NCBI GenBank assembly: GCA_048128005.1
Contig: JBEUKZ010000078.1
Span: 186,001-250,000 of the forward strand
DNA length: 64,000 nt
Source of the DNA: Veleropilina oligotropha
Lineage: Eukaryota
Direction of reading: 5' to 3'
Every line of letters starts with the position of its first letter. Position 1 is the stretch's first letter. A model generated the notes under the pieces. The model was not told where the DNA came from. It worked only from the letters and a program-made list of their open reading frames with translations, and did not search any database. Made by a program: the position numbers and the translations under genes. Below are positions 36,550-49,086 of the stretch, one piece after another.

Positions 36550-37155
36550 ATGTTGCATCCCGGGTTGGCGTGGCTCGCCGATGGATACAAGCCGGTACCG
36601 GCGACAAACGAATCGATATTACCAGATCCCGAAGATGGATTTTCTTTACTTATTGAAGAACAAAACAGGCCTTACTCTGCCGTGCGTGCCACCACGCCGG
36701 CAACGCTGCCTAACCGAAGAATCAAGAGCGCCGGACACATTCGATCATCGGTATTAGGCCCAGCATCACGGAAGGAGAATCTTTCTCAACGGCCGAAGAG
36801 CGCCCGACCCCCAAGTCGGCCGGATACTAAAATGGGACCGCGTCCGATACGACGGATTAAGAGTGCGGATATAAATCGAGTGAAATATACGGACAATGGT
36901 TTTACATTGGTAAATCGTATGTATGATGATGAAAAGGCAAAATACAGGATTAGTCTTCATCCGCCATCGGATTATCGTTACATGGACAGACATTCGCGAT
37001 GCTTTGATCTTCCTCGCGCGCATACGCACACCGGAGGTTACCTGTCGCGGACGGCACGCGATGGGGGAATGGGGGATTTCTGCCCGACATACAGATCACC
37101 GGCTGATACTAGCAGCCACGCAAACGACGACCGACCCCAGACCGCACCAACTACG
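36550..37155 (+). CDS. Uncharacterised protein with RPxSA/RIKSA motifs, first coding exon (gene 3)
   Basis: tag acceptor at 36525, ATG 36550, 202 codons to ACG/gtatat donor; GC-rich coding-like composition. Confidence 0.7.
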
Positions 37156-37802
37156 GTATATATAATTTATCTTTGTAGCATAATTATCTCAACGACATAC
37201 ATTTTTGGATGTAATATGGCTTTTAGTAAAAATAGGCAAATTCAATCAATTAGTCATATACCGACTGGTAGCACGGATATGCTAGTAGATAAAAGTAGGT
37301 TCTCTGAAGTCATTCGTCTGACTTCGATATCTAGCTGGAGCGGGTTCGAATCTTCATCGAGGCACTCTTTGTTTTATTAACATTCACAGTGGTCTATATA
37401 ACTGGCATGCAAGGGGGGTCCCGGGGGGGTCCCGCCCACCTGGGCTTTCCTCTTGTGATAATATGGACACATCCTGGGAAGAATCTGAAGATGAAGACTG
37501 TCAAAAATCAAATTGTCGACTGCTGTCAATCCAAGCAAACTAGACGTATGCTAGGTTTCTGTAATTTATCTATTACTAGTATTTACTCACACTTTATATT
37601 AAGATGAATAAAATTGATTCTAGGACAGATTACATTAATGTAAGCTGGGCATAAATAAACGTGCTACAGGGATGCCTCAAATATAATCTACTGTTTAAAT
37701 ATCGGTAATTTTGATCCATGTTGGTACATTGCTTTATTGGTTATATAAACCTGGTGTGTGCCTCGATATATCCATGTTGGTGGTGTGAATACAAATCTTA
37801 AG

Positions 37803-37970
37803 ACGCCATTTTTCATAAATGATCTCAAAACTTCTGTCTGTTATGGGAATTACTACCGGGAGGTAAATGATATTCGCCCTAGCAATGAAGATCTGCCATT
37901 CGAACAAAAAATTGTTCAGAAATATGCCATAGGGCCTACTCAAATTATTCCTACTTTTGGGAATAATAAG
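37803..37970 (+). CDS. Possible symmetric (phase 0) exon of gene 3
   Basis: Open frame TPFFINDLK...PTFGNNK ending AAG/gtagtt; acceptor (cttaag) is weak. Confidence 0.35.
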
Positions 37971-38671
37971 GTAGTTGTGAAGTAATCGTTTTAAATAATT
38001 TTTATATATATTTTCTGATAATACGAACAGCGTGTATTTATTAAATGTTACATATTGGGTTATTATTATAAATTGGCTATAACAGTTGCTGGTGTACTTA
38101 TTAATTCGTCGAACGTATAATTAAAATAAATATAGGCCTAAACGAGCGACTATTTATATTTAATAATATATTTTCCCGTGATTACCGATTGCTTTGACCA
38201 CATCTTGTGAAAATACTTCAGAGGTTTTACATGTGGGTGAATATACCGGTACCAATGTCAAAAGTCATATTACATATCATCGAATACAGTTTCCATATAA
38301 CCTTTGTTTACATCTTGCCATGCGCATGTGTTTCTCAAAGCATATCAATATGTTCGATCTTACCCGATAAGATACATTCATAATAGGAACTAGCAACAAG
38401 AACCCTCTGCAATTGATGGACGTCATAAAGACCTTTGTTGGTAATTGTGTACAGGTTTCTATACGTCTATATACCTGCATTATTGAAGCTATATATCCGC
38501 CATAAAACTTACTGAACTATAACGTCACACAAAGGCACGGACGGGCAGCCAAGTAGAAGTATTGGAATAAAATAGCCATTCATTGGGGCTGATTGACTTT
38601 ATGGACTACTGATAGCCCGCGATATCTGTCGATACCGGATAACTATATAGCAGCGCTACTCAGACATTTAA

Positions 38672-38838
38672 AGGAGCTCTTGCGTGAATCTACAACGAGA
38701 AAAGTGACAGCATCCCACTTTTTTTCCCGATATCGCGTAGAAAAAGAGTTCTATAAGAAAGCATACTAGATACTGGCTCGATTTATAAAAATTAATAGCC
38801 TGCCATGTTTCTCCCCGTAGAGCCGTGCAAGTGCTCCT
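38672..38838. mobile_element. TTAA-flanked MITE (Kolobok-like, different family)
   Basis: TTAA|AGGAGCTCTTGC...GCAAGTGCTCCT|TTAA. Confidence 0.7.
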
Positions 38839-39061
38839 TTAACTTCAAAGTAGTATACTGTTGGTATTAATATACATTGTTTATTATTAAGGCATTGAGC
38901 TCAATTGTTCTTTGGCAATACATTTGCATAGCAGATAGATTATACAGTATGATGACATATGTATTAAGGAGCTTAGGTGTGTTTATGAAATCTTTAATCA
39001 GACAAAAACGGAATATAAGGTTAGCTAGAAGATCTTTATCAAACTGTACATTTATCATATA

Positions 39062-39379
39062 CTAGCTTTAACCCGTGGTCCGCACGGTGAAATATTTGCT
39101 TCATGTTGCTCGTTCAACTTTAATATTTAGCTATATACTAACATTAGGTTGCGTTAGCTAATGTTTGCTCCTATTGAACTCACCCTTGCACCCAGTGAAC
39201 CCAGCATGGACACTCTCCTAGTTCTGGATGAATAAGACAAAAAAATACAAAATCTAAAGCTCTATAGTTTTTCATTTCGGCACACTCGTCAATTTGACAC
39301 CAAGATGGCAAAGATCTGTCTCTCAGTGATGGAGAAAACCCGGCTTAAAGAAACACCAACTGAGTATTTATATATAAGA
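39062..39379 (-). mobile_element. Non-autonomous Helitron
   Basis: Minus strand A|TC...CCGTG-CGGAC-CACGG hairpin...CTAG|T; no TSD. Confidence 0.65.
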
Positions 39380-39724
39380 TCGTTTTATCAAGACTTGCAG
39401 ATGTATTAATTCGTCCTGGTATGTTCCTCTGGACAATTATTTTCCCCGTCGTCATGTTGGTATAATCATTTGTTTGATGGCTTGTCCGCGAGCATATATC
39501 ATAGACCGATTTACCTAAAAACTCTTCTTCCGATTTACTGAAATGTTTTATAATAAATACCTATATGTCCAAATCAGCGTGGCGAATAGCCCTAATCCGA
39601 TTTTCTTGATATCTCTTCACTGTTTCCCAATGTTTTTAATTATTAGTTCACTTGTAGTCTTGTAGATGTCATTAGTGATATGAACCTTTGTGTATTTGAC
39701 CCATTATTATAGTCCTTTGCCGAT

Positions 39725-40005
39725 ATGGTCGTTCCGACACTCGTGTGGTTTCGGGTGCAAACTCGGAAAAATCACTGGCTTGATTCCGCTAATACGAACA
39801 GTAGTGGGTTCGCATATCGGTTAGGACATCACATTATTTGTTTAGTTTTATCACAGTTATCCGTAACTGATCGGAGAGGGCGGGTTTCTCCGGGCGATCT
39901 GGCTTTCCTTCTGCGATATTATGGACATGTCCTGCTTTGAACCTGATGGTTGTAAATATACAGGGTATTAAGCATCGATCATTTACTTTCCTTTTCCTTT
40001 CCTTT
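39725..40005 (+). mobile_element. Older-subfamily SINE with (CCTTT)n-like tail
   Basis: Head, V-like core and CAGGGTATTAAGCATCGATC...TTTCCTTTTCCTTTCC tail. Confidence 0.75.
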
Positions 40006-40223
40006 GCCAATATTGTTGTAGAATGTCTTCATATTATATGGGCGATACAAAAATAAATGATACTGTCTTCAATGACGCTCATGTTGTTCAGTTTATATGA
40101 CATCTGGCTTTTGGTGTTTTTTTGACACCTTGCCTTTTCTGTTTCAAGATTAAACGGGCAACACCTTAACTTACATGTATATTGATATTCTGTATTATAT
40201 TGATATATCTGTATTATGTTTTA

Positions 40224-40487
40224 GGCCGCTTCGGCAGCGCAGTGGGTAGAGTGTCCACTCTAACTTCACTGGCTTGATTCCGCTAATGCGAACAGTAGTG
40301 GGTTCAATACCTGGCTGAGGCATTGAAATTTGTTCAAGTTATGAATCACAGTTGTCCGTGACTGGCCGAAGAGGGCGGGTTTACCCGGGCGACCGGGGTT
40401 TCCTCCCGCGATAACACGGACATGTCCTGCCTTGAACCTCGATGTTGTAAATATACAGGACATTAAGCATAATTCCTCCTCCTCCTC
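40224..40487 (+). mobile_element. Full-length young SINE with (CCT)n tail
   Basis: 13-bp TSD CTGTATTATGTTT at 40209-40221 and 40488-40500. Confidence 0.9.
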
Positions 40488-40666
40488 CTGTATTATGTTT
40501 CGAACATTAATTCTTTCTTGCATAATTTATATTCATTAAGTTATTTATCAGCTAGTCATGAAGAAAGATTGCGAATGTATAAAACAATAACAGTGGTGAC
40601 AAAGGCTTCCCCTTCTGCACACCAGTTGTTCAATGAAAAAAACATCGTACACATCATCATGCTTAA

Positions 40667-41228
40667 AGACCGGGGTGCCACTATAAAAGGAAGGAGGCGG
40701 TGACCAGGTCATTTCTGACTACTCAACCGGCGAGATAACATTGAGGAATCGACATTATAAACAATATGATTGGTTGGCAAATTGTGGAACAAGACTGCGA
40801 CTTTGATTGACAGTCACATAACAAATGACGTACTTAATTACTGTGATAATGATGTGTTTTTTTAGTGAAGGCAATTAACTTCAGAGGCATGCTAGAATCA
40901 CCGACGACAGGTCACCCCTCAAAAGCGCAGGCCTCGCCTACCTACCGTGTGGTTGCAGATTCCGGCCTTTAAAGGCCGGGGTGCCATTATAAAAGGGGCT
41001 AGCCAGTGGTCTGCTCATTTCTAACTTGGAAACCGATCAGACCACATCAACATAGATTGGTTGACACATGGTTAAAATAACAGTAAACCAATTACGAAGT
41101 GTGTTTTTAATTGTTAGAGAAATTATCGCCTCCAGACTCTCCAGGCAAACTTGTATACCCGCCAATATAAAGCCACGCCCCCAACGCCTGGGCAAAATCT
41201 TCGACCAGGGGGTCACTTTTCCCGGCCT
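40667..41228 (+). mobile_element. Two Kolobok-like MITEs in tandem sharing one TTAA
   Basis: TTAA|40667-40968|TTAA|40973-41228|TTAA with AG(A/G)CCGG...CCGGCCT ends. Confidence 0.75.
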
Positions 41229-41244
41229 TTAACGCAGTTTTAAA

Positions 41245-41995
41245 AGGAATGGAAAGGATCGATACCTAATGTCATGTATATTTATACCATTAAGTTCAAA
41301 GCAGGACATGTCCATATTATTGTCTCCCCGGACAATAGTCGGGGATTGTATGGTTTAGTCATCGTTCAGCCGCCGCAGCAGCAGCAGAGATTTCTTGTGT
41401 GTTCTAATCTGATTTGATTCAAATTTGGTATGCGTGTTAGTTATGATGAGGACACGCCGCCTAACTATTTTCGTCGTTTTCGGATTGAAGATGGCGGCCA
41501 TTTTTTTCCTGAGATTTCTTTTACACACTACGATGAAATTTTTAATCCTATTTGATTCAAATTTGATATGTGATGAGGACACGTCGCCAAATGATGTTCA
41601 CCGTTTTCGGATAAAAGATGATCGCCATGACGGCCATTTTGTTTCGAGAGATTTTTGTGCGCGCTCTACAGTGAAATTTTTTAATCCGATTTGAATCAAA
41701 TTTGGTATGCGCGTTAGTTATGATGAGGACACGACGCCTATCGATTTTCGCTCCCATGGGAGGAGATACACCCATCGACTTGCTCGGTCGAGGATTTGCT
41801 AGTTATAACGGTATGAGAGCCCGATCGCCCGTGGAAACCCATCCTCACCGACATGTTACGGACAACCGTGATTCATAACTTAAACAAATAATGTCATGTC
41901 CCAACCGAGGTTCGAAACAACTACTGTTCGCGTCAGCGGAATCAAGCTAGTTTTTCGGAGCCTGCAACCGAAACCACACGACTGTCGAACGGCCA
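41245..41995 (-). mobile_element. Older SINE split by a HINE-like insertion (41330-41805)
   Basis: SINE sequence stops at ...CATGTCCATATTA and resumes after CTAGTT; the insert has GTCTCCCC / GGGAGGAGA subTIRs and ~125-bp repeats. Confidence 0.7.
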
Positions 41996-43767
41996 GATAA
42001 TTTGCATTATTTCCAATGGTCTGTGTACTAAAATTGTAACATTTTAGAATGACTGTCTCTCCTAAATGCAAATTTTCCCATGAAACTTTACGTTACATTA
42101 TAGTGGGAGTTTAGTATCTTAATAGGAGAAAAACGTCAGTGAAAGTCCCAATTCAAAGGATATTGCTTCCAATGCCTATGCGACGTGCTCTGACATTCGT
42201 TGTAACAATCTGCTGAATAACACAGGATAACAGAATTCATCCCACGCAAATGTGTGAAATAACATATGAATAGACTGTCAATAGGTGAATTCGATGATCA
42301 GACAAAATTATGTATGTTCATCGATGTTTGGTCGCAGTCATTACATCTTGTTCTGCAAATGTTGCATAGTAACAAGATTGCGTTTAACGCATTTGTTGCA
42401 TTTATTTTTCTGGGCAGGAAAATTCATCTCTTTTATTACTGCTTCACGACATTGGCGTGCGTGTGTGTTTGGAATTACTTTGCAGCGACTTGAGTCTCAC
42501 GTTGATAACATTCTTTTCGTAATACATTTTATCGTTTTCGACATGCATGTCAGTTGTGTTTTCTTTATTCCAAGTTAGATACATGCACGAGGGAATTTTG
42601 TTGTACTACTTTTAATGGTCTTTCATTATAAGGCGATATTAAATATGAAATTGATATATGAAATTTATGACAATATTTACAGCATAGTTCAGTATGGGAA
42701 TTGTATGTACTTACAGCTAAATATATCGCTATTGCGCCGGAGCTATATAATTATATATAAACGATTTAGTACTCTTGGGTACATTTAAAACTATTTGAGG
42801 AATAATATAATTGCAGAACAGCAATTAAGTAAGTAAAGTATATATACATATATTCATCAAGGCAAGTTTGAATTGCTCATATGTAACCAATTAGTCGCAT
42901 GTCACATAAAGAGCGTCGTTTAAATTTCCCACGGCATGGGGTGTCTACGTGCAATTACTAGCAAATGGGAATTTTTCACACTAACCTTGGTCTACCTGAT
43001 TCCCTTTAACCTTGGTCTACCTGATTCCAATTTATTCTGCTCTTGACGAGTCTTTAATGGTAGGCGGTGGTGCGTTTGTAATTAGTCGGTACCAGTTTGG
43101 TACGGTATCCATTAGCGAAACAAAGTAAAGATATAGTACGAGTTTGGATATAAATTAGGTAGTTTAATTGTTCTTATTTTAAGATTTTATATGACAAAGG
43201 ATGCACCTTAAGGTACAAGTGATGATTATCTTTTTTAAACACTAGACATACCCGTGTGCATGCACGTACAAATGTCACAGTCAATGCCAATGCACGTGAA
43301 GGTATCGTTTTGTCTCCGTCAAAGCGATCAACCTTGTACTGTACATGCATTTAATTGTTGTTGTAATAATTTATGATCTCTTTGTGTTTGTTATGTTTTA
43401 AATTCCTCTTTTATTTTCATTCAGAATAAAGACGTTCAACGCTTGCGATATAATTATGTAAGTATAAAATAATATGATTAAGATATTTAACAAGGTTGCA
43501 ATAGCATAAATAGTCATTGATATGACGTCACTGAAATGATTCTCTCTTGTATCGCATTTCTGCGTTTATGCGTAAGCTTTCAAATGGAAACTTTTAGATG
43601 GAAAATTTTATTATTTTATTAAATATCACTTGGATTGGATTGTTGGCGTGACGATTTTATGCGATCTGCTATAATTACAATGTCGCTGAGTGAAATGCAA
43701 CAGTTTTCACATTCAAACAGACGCTCCCGTAGTTTAAAATATGAGTGTTTCGTGATTGTCGTTTCAG

Positions 43768-43940
43768 GTTAACCGTGGTCAAATTCCTCATTTTTGCAAT
43801 TTTGTTCACAAAATGCATCTGTATGGGCGACAATCATTCACGAAGGATCTGGGAGCCGGGTCGGGTCTGCACCGAGACGCCGATGACATGGATGTGACAT
43901 TCGATGTTCCAGCGGACCCGTTCTCTACGAGAACAGAAAG
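43768..43940 (+). CDS. Gene 3 exon
   Basis: tttcag/gtaggt boundaries; VNRGQIPHFCNFVHK...DPFSTRTE; phase 0 to 2. Confidence 0.65.
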
Positions 43941-45902
43941 GTAGGTGAAGCCGGAACAACACAGACCACGTTAATCGCCCTCTTCCTCTGAATAAATGTG
44001 TCATTGTTGCTTTACACTTTTTCATATAAAGGGGTAGAGATGCAGAGCGATGGTGGTGAAAGAGAGTTTTTTGTGAAGGTGTTTCACGATCAAGTGAATG
44101 TATAGGCCACCCGATGGTAATGGTGGAGTTTTGACCGTTGATTTTGTATTCGTGTGTTGCCTTCAGTATGATAAACGATCTTACCCTGAAAACTCTGATA
44201 AGTATTGAATTCAATTTTTTAAAGACGGAATGTCCTTACTGGATTTACTGGGGTCTAAGAACTTGGTAAATATGGTCGATTGTATACAATACACTGTGCC
44301 ACTAGATTCATGCAATGCACGCACTAAGATGGCAATGGTTTTTTATAACCTCGTTAAAATGGAATTGTTTCTATAAATCTCTTTATACCGATACTTTTGA
44401 TGTTGCTATGAACATGTTTTTAAATCTCGGGCTATACTTGTGGTTTCTGCAGGTATATGGTGTTAGGAACAGACCCAAGTTTGACACCAGATCAGAAACT
44501 TTCATTCGAAAATTTAACTTTAACTAAACTTGACTCATTTTAATATTTGCGATTATACTCAGTGTTCATTGAGTGGAGATTGTTGTAAAGTATACTTACA
44601 CACATTTTCACTATCTTTACCTAGCAAATTCATGTGAAGTCATTAATTTAACAGCATATTTATGGTAAATTATTGCTATTGTTGATATCAGCTTATTAAA
44701 TGCATATATTATTCCATACCAGTGATTACCCCTTAAGAGATTTCTATTAACGTATGCTTGCTAAGTAGTACACTATAATGCCAGGTCATGTCCTGGGGGT
44801 TGTGTTCGATCAAGTTTAATTAGCAGCCTGTAATGATATTGAAGACAAGTGATCGGGTTTCGTCGGTATCGATTGGGTTTCATGAATGAATATTTAGCAA
44901 TTATTGCCAGTAATTGCCATTTTGGGGGCTTGTAATTTAGATCCCGATCAAAAGGATTTACCTGTGAGAAATAATATTTTTATTGAAATGAGTTTATGTT
45001 TTTGGTTTGAAACGAAGCTTACTCTCCCGTTTTAATAAAATTCATAGTCATACGAGGAAACGTTTGTATTATCCCGGGAGGAAAATTCGGTCGTCGTGAA
45101 ACCCCGTCTTCACAGACCTGTTTAAGACCACTGTGTCTGATAACTGAAGAAAGTACATAGCCCAGAATTCAAATCGACTCCTGTTTGACAGAGCAGGAAA
45201 CCGAGTGAATTGAGAGCTCACACTCTTATACACTCGACTATAGGAGCAATCTTGGCGTTTGGGTAACGACCGATGCCATTACAGTATTGCAATAGTCAGC
45301 AAGTGCAGTTCACTTAAAATTCCCTATGAAATTCGCATTAAATACTATTCTTTTTATTTACTGATATGTTTCAAAGGTCAATAGTGCAGATTATTGATCC
45401 GTAGAATCGTCCGTTTGTACTGTTTGACTGTCGTAAAAGCCGGTTGTCATATTTTATTCCTGTCTGGTGTTCAGCAATGCGCTCTGTTGCGCGTTCATGC
45501 AATACCGAAAACAAGCAAGAAACATTTTAATATTCTTACAGAATTCACATGACCATTAATGTGTCACGGCTCAAGTAAAGCTTATAAAAGGTAATGAGAT
45601 CATACCCATTTTGTATATGTCAAAATGTGAATCAGTATAGTTTTACGACCACATGTTAACATTTGGAAAAAAGACGCGTCTATTAATCGACATTTTAGAC
45701 AATTATTACTAAATCTTAAATTTATTTCTGGATATGATAATCACTAAATCATCATAATTTTATGCAAAGAATATAAGCTTAATGGCGCTAAATCTCATAT
45801 TTCGGGACTAATTCGGGTTCAGCAACTTTAATTGGCCTGTTTAATCGCTCTACCATGGACTGGGCACTTTGTTCAGCTGTTAACTGAACAGTCACAGTTA
45901 TA

Positions 45903-46473
45903 CACAGGGGCCCGTAACGTTGCTTATCGTTCGTCTGTTTCCGTTTGAAGATTGGCGCAGTTCATTGTTACTATATAATATAGACAAGTGATGACACTAA
46001 GGACGGGACACATGATTGATTATCCCGACATTTCACTGAATTATTTCATTTGTCAAAAGATGTTGGTTCGAATATGTCAAATTCGGGAAGAAGGATCATA
46101 TGTGTCCCGTTTATTTAGTTGTTGTTTACAAGAGAGACTTAGTAATTGTTTGCAAGAGGCAGGTAAGTTCATTTTTCAATATATTGTTAGTTGAACAACC
46201 TAGTTATCGAGAGTGTCAACGCCGAGTGTTAAATACGCGTAATTTGCAATTTATTCGTCATGTTATCGAGTAGAGAGCAGCACACGCTGGTCATTGGTCA
46301 CTATTCAAACCAACATCTTTTGACAAATGAAATAATTCAGTGAAATGTCGGGATAATCCATCATGTGTCCCGTCCTTAGTGTCCTCCCTTGTCTATATTA
46401 TATAGTAACAATGAACTGCGCCAATCGTCAAACAGAAACAGACGAACGATAAGCAACGTTACGGGCCCCTGTG
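45903..46473. mobile_element. Foldback-type MITE with ~170-bp TIRs
   Basis: 45903-46073 is a near-perfect reverse complement of 46302-46473; CACAGGGGCCCG termini; inserted in a SINE remnant. Confidence 0.85.
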
Positions 46474-46629
46474 CAATTATCCATAACTGGACGACAAGGA
46501 TTTTCTACCGCGATAATATGGAGCACCTTCTAGGATGTGATATAAATGTTAAGTTTAGTTTTACTACCATATTTTGACAGTTTTCAGCGTATCTGCCATC
46601 CTTTCTATTAATGTTAAGCGTTAGAATAA

Positions 46630-46710
46630 GCCATGCCGGAGCGGGAGTCGAACTCACATCCTACCTTCCAATTTAACGTTTTCTCGATGCTCTACCAGAT
46701 GAGCTTAAAA
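46630..46710 (-). repeat. tRNA-derived head of a different SINE, or a tRNA pseudogene
   Basis: Minus strand AGCTCATCTGGTAGAGCA (A box) and GAGTTCGACTCCC (B box); no intact cloverleaf. Confidence 0.45.
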
Positions 46711-47098
46711 CGGGATATTTTAGCATTCAACTATAATGTAAAACGATATGCAGAACGGCTATTTTCACAACAACCTGGAATTTACCATCCATAATGACAA
46801 TCCACTGTCAGTCTACTGATATCACTTATAACGCATTACCGTTAACAAGCTTGTAATGGGGTTGTGCAAGTTTGCTTCTGTTATCTTCAGCAGTATTTGT
46901 TTATTGCGGCCCACCTTTTTTTGAATCAGGTAGCGTTAGTTTGACTCTCTAGTTTCGGTGCAAGATAATATCTGGCTATATTCACGCATGTGTATTGTAA
47001 CGTTTAAATGCTAGTTATAAGGGGCCGCTTCGGCAGCGCAGTGGATAAGAGTGTCCACTCTAAATGTGTATTGTAACGTTTAAATGCTAGTTATAAGG

Positions 47099-47356
47099 GG
47101 CCCCTACGGCAGCGCAGTGGGTAAGAGTGTCCACTCTAAATTCACTGTCTTGATTCCGCTAATGCGAACAGTAGTGGGTTCAATACCTGGCTGAGGCATT
47201 GCCATTTGTTCAAGTTATTAATCACAGTTGTCCGCGACTGGCCGAAGAGGGCGGGTTTACCCGGGCGACCGGGGTTTCCTCCCGCGATAACACGGACATG
47301 TCCTTCCCTGAACCTCGATGTTGTAAATATACAGGACATTAAGCATCATTCCTCCC
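47099..47356 (+). mobile_element. Young SINE with duplicated 5' junction
   Basis: TSD GCTAGTTATA at 47086-47095 and 47357-47366; 76-bp tandem duplication 46989-47064 / 47065-47140. Confidence 0.85.
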
Positions 47357-47447
47357 GCTAGTTATACAAGTCTTTGTTTACGAATTACGCATCGCCAAAG
47401 GTGAAAATACCTGATCCATAAATTTATTATACCATTGTTCTTATACA

Positions 47448-47780
47448 TATAGGTAATAGATAATACACTGCCAGCCCGTTATGTGTATATCGCCGAGAGA
47501 TGTCAGTGTATTATCTGTCATTCACACCATGAAAAGCTATTGTCAATTCTAAGCTGTAATCCCTTAAAAGATGAAATTGACCACTGTACCAGGCTCATGA
47601 GCATATTATGAGAATCGACTCTTCCATTGAAATGATGCTGGCAACTTGTCAAATCTTTTGTCACTGGCCAGCTCCTGACCAGCTACCCGAGTTAACCATT
47701 TTTTAGTTGTTGACTGGAACAAAGGAGAAACTGTCACTAGAATGCATATTGTTCAAACGCCAAGCTCGTGGTGCGTATGA
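47448..47780 (+). mobile_element. Degenerate GA-mismatch hairpin element (copy G)
   Basis: TATAGGTAATAGATAATACACTG...CAGTGTATTATCTGT partial palindrome; imperfect inner and terminal IR. Confidence 0.45.
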
Positions 47781-47926
47781 TGATGTACATCACGTTGCTT
47801 TAATTGTGCAGTTCCAAATATGGGGGTTTTGACAGAACATTTACTGTAAAGACTATGGCTACGAGTATGGAACCGTGGGTTTATACCGAAAGCCTATAAG
47901 TACAGAATTGTTCTTATTGGTAGATA

Positions 47927-48190
47927 TGGCCGCCCCGACAACCTTGTGGTTTCGGTTGCAGACATCGGAAATCTCTGGCCCGATTTCAATGACATTTTTG
48001 AACAGTAGTGAGTTCAAATATCGGTGGGACATGACATTATTTGTTCCGTTATGAATCACAGTTGTCTGTAACTGTTCGGAGAAGGCGGGTTTTCCCGGGC
48101 GAGGCTTTCTCCCGCGATAATATGAACATGTTCTGCTTTGAACCTGGTTGTAAATATACAGGACATTAAGCAGCGATCCTTTCCTTTCTT
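47927..48190 (+). mobile_element. Older-subfamily SINE
   Basis: GGCCGCCCCGACA head, V-like core, GATCCTTTCCTTTC tail. Confidence 0.75.
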
Positions 48191-49086
48191 ATCGCATGTT
48201 TGGTGTTTCCGTATAAATATTCCGGTGCGGTAGAAGTACGGTATACTATATACTTGTTTAGACGATACTTCATTGCGATTCTTTTGTTATAAACTGTGTC
48301 TATCCTGGATATTCACTTTTACCGGTGTATATGCAATCAAAAGAACTCCTGCATGTTCACATGTCGTTTATTAACTAAGACATAGAAAATGAAATGTGAT
48401 AATTTTCATCAGGCGGCTGCGTTGCTCAGATCTCCTTCTCTTTGGCACCTCCTATTGTTGTGTACCGAGAAGAGAACAATACCCATTATAAACAAAGTTG
48501 ATTTGAAGTAGAATAGTACTTAGAGATGTAACTAAGATTTTAACATTAAATTTGACCAGTTTAAAATATGTGTATTTAAGGTGCATTTTAAGAATATTTA
48601 AGGCAATAATTTTATGTTATATCAGGCAAAATAATAATACAATTCATGAACACTTTATATTGTATATATACGTGTAATGAAAATTCGCAGAGCATGACAT
48701 GAAAACATGAACAGATCAAGGGGGGACGGGTTCCGGACGAACACTAATTTTTACCAATCACCAATTTGATGAAATATCACGTTTTGCGCTGCCAGAACGC
48801 AGGAGGTGGAGGTTTTGCACACCGTTAATTAACAAAATTTTCCACAGTTGATAGTAATTCTTAAAAGTTTGACCCTCACATTTTCCAAATCCTGCATCCG
48901 CCTCTGTGAGAAGCAGTAAATTGTAACAAATATCATACCTATACCTACAAAAATGGGTGGACTTCACAACATTCTTGGAGAAGTAACATCATCCTGGAAT
49001 TTTAAATCCAACATCCCGCAGTCAAAATCACTAAATTCAGAAAATTCCTACACCGTCTTCGTCCTCGTCAATGCATCGCCTAAATC

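Noticed and set aside
45542..45590. Coding exon of gene 3 (good AG/GT)
   Set aside because: Stop codons in all three frames
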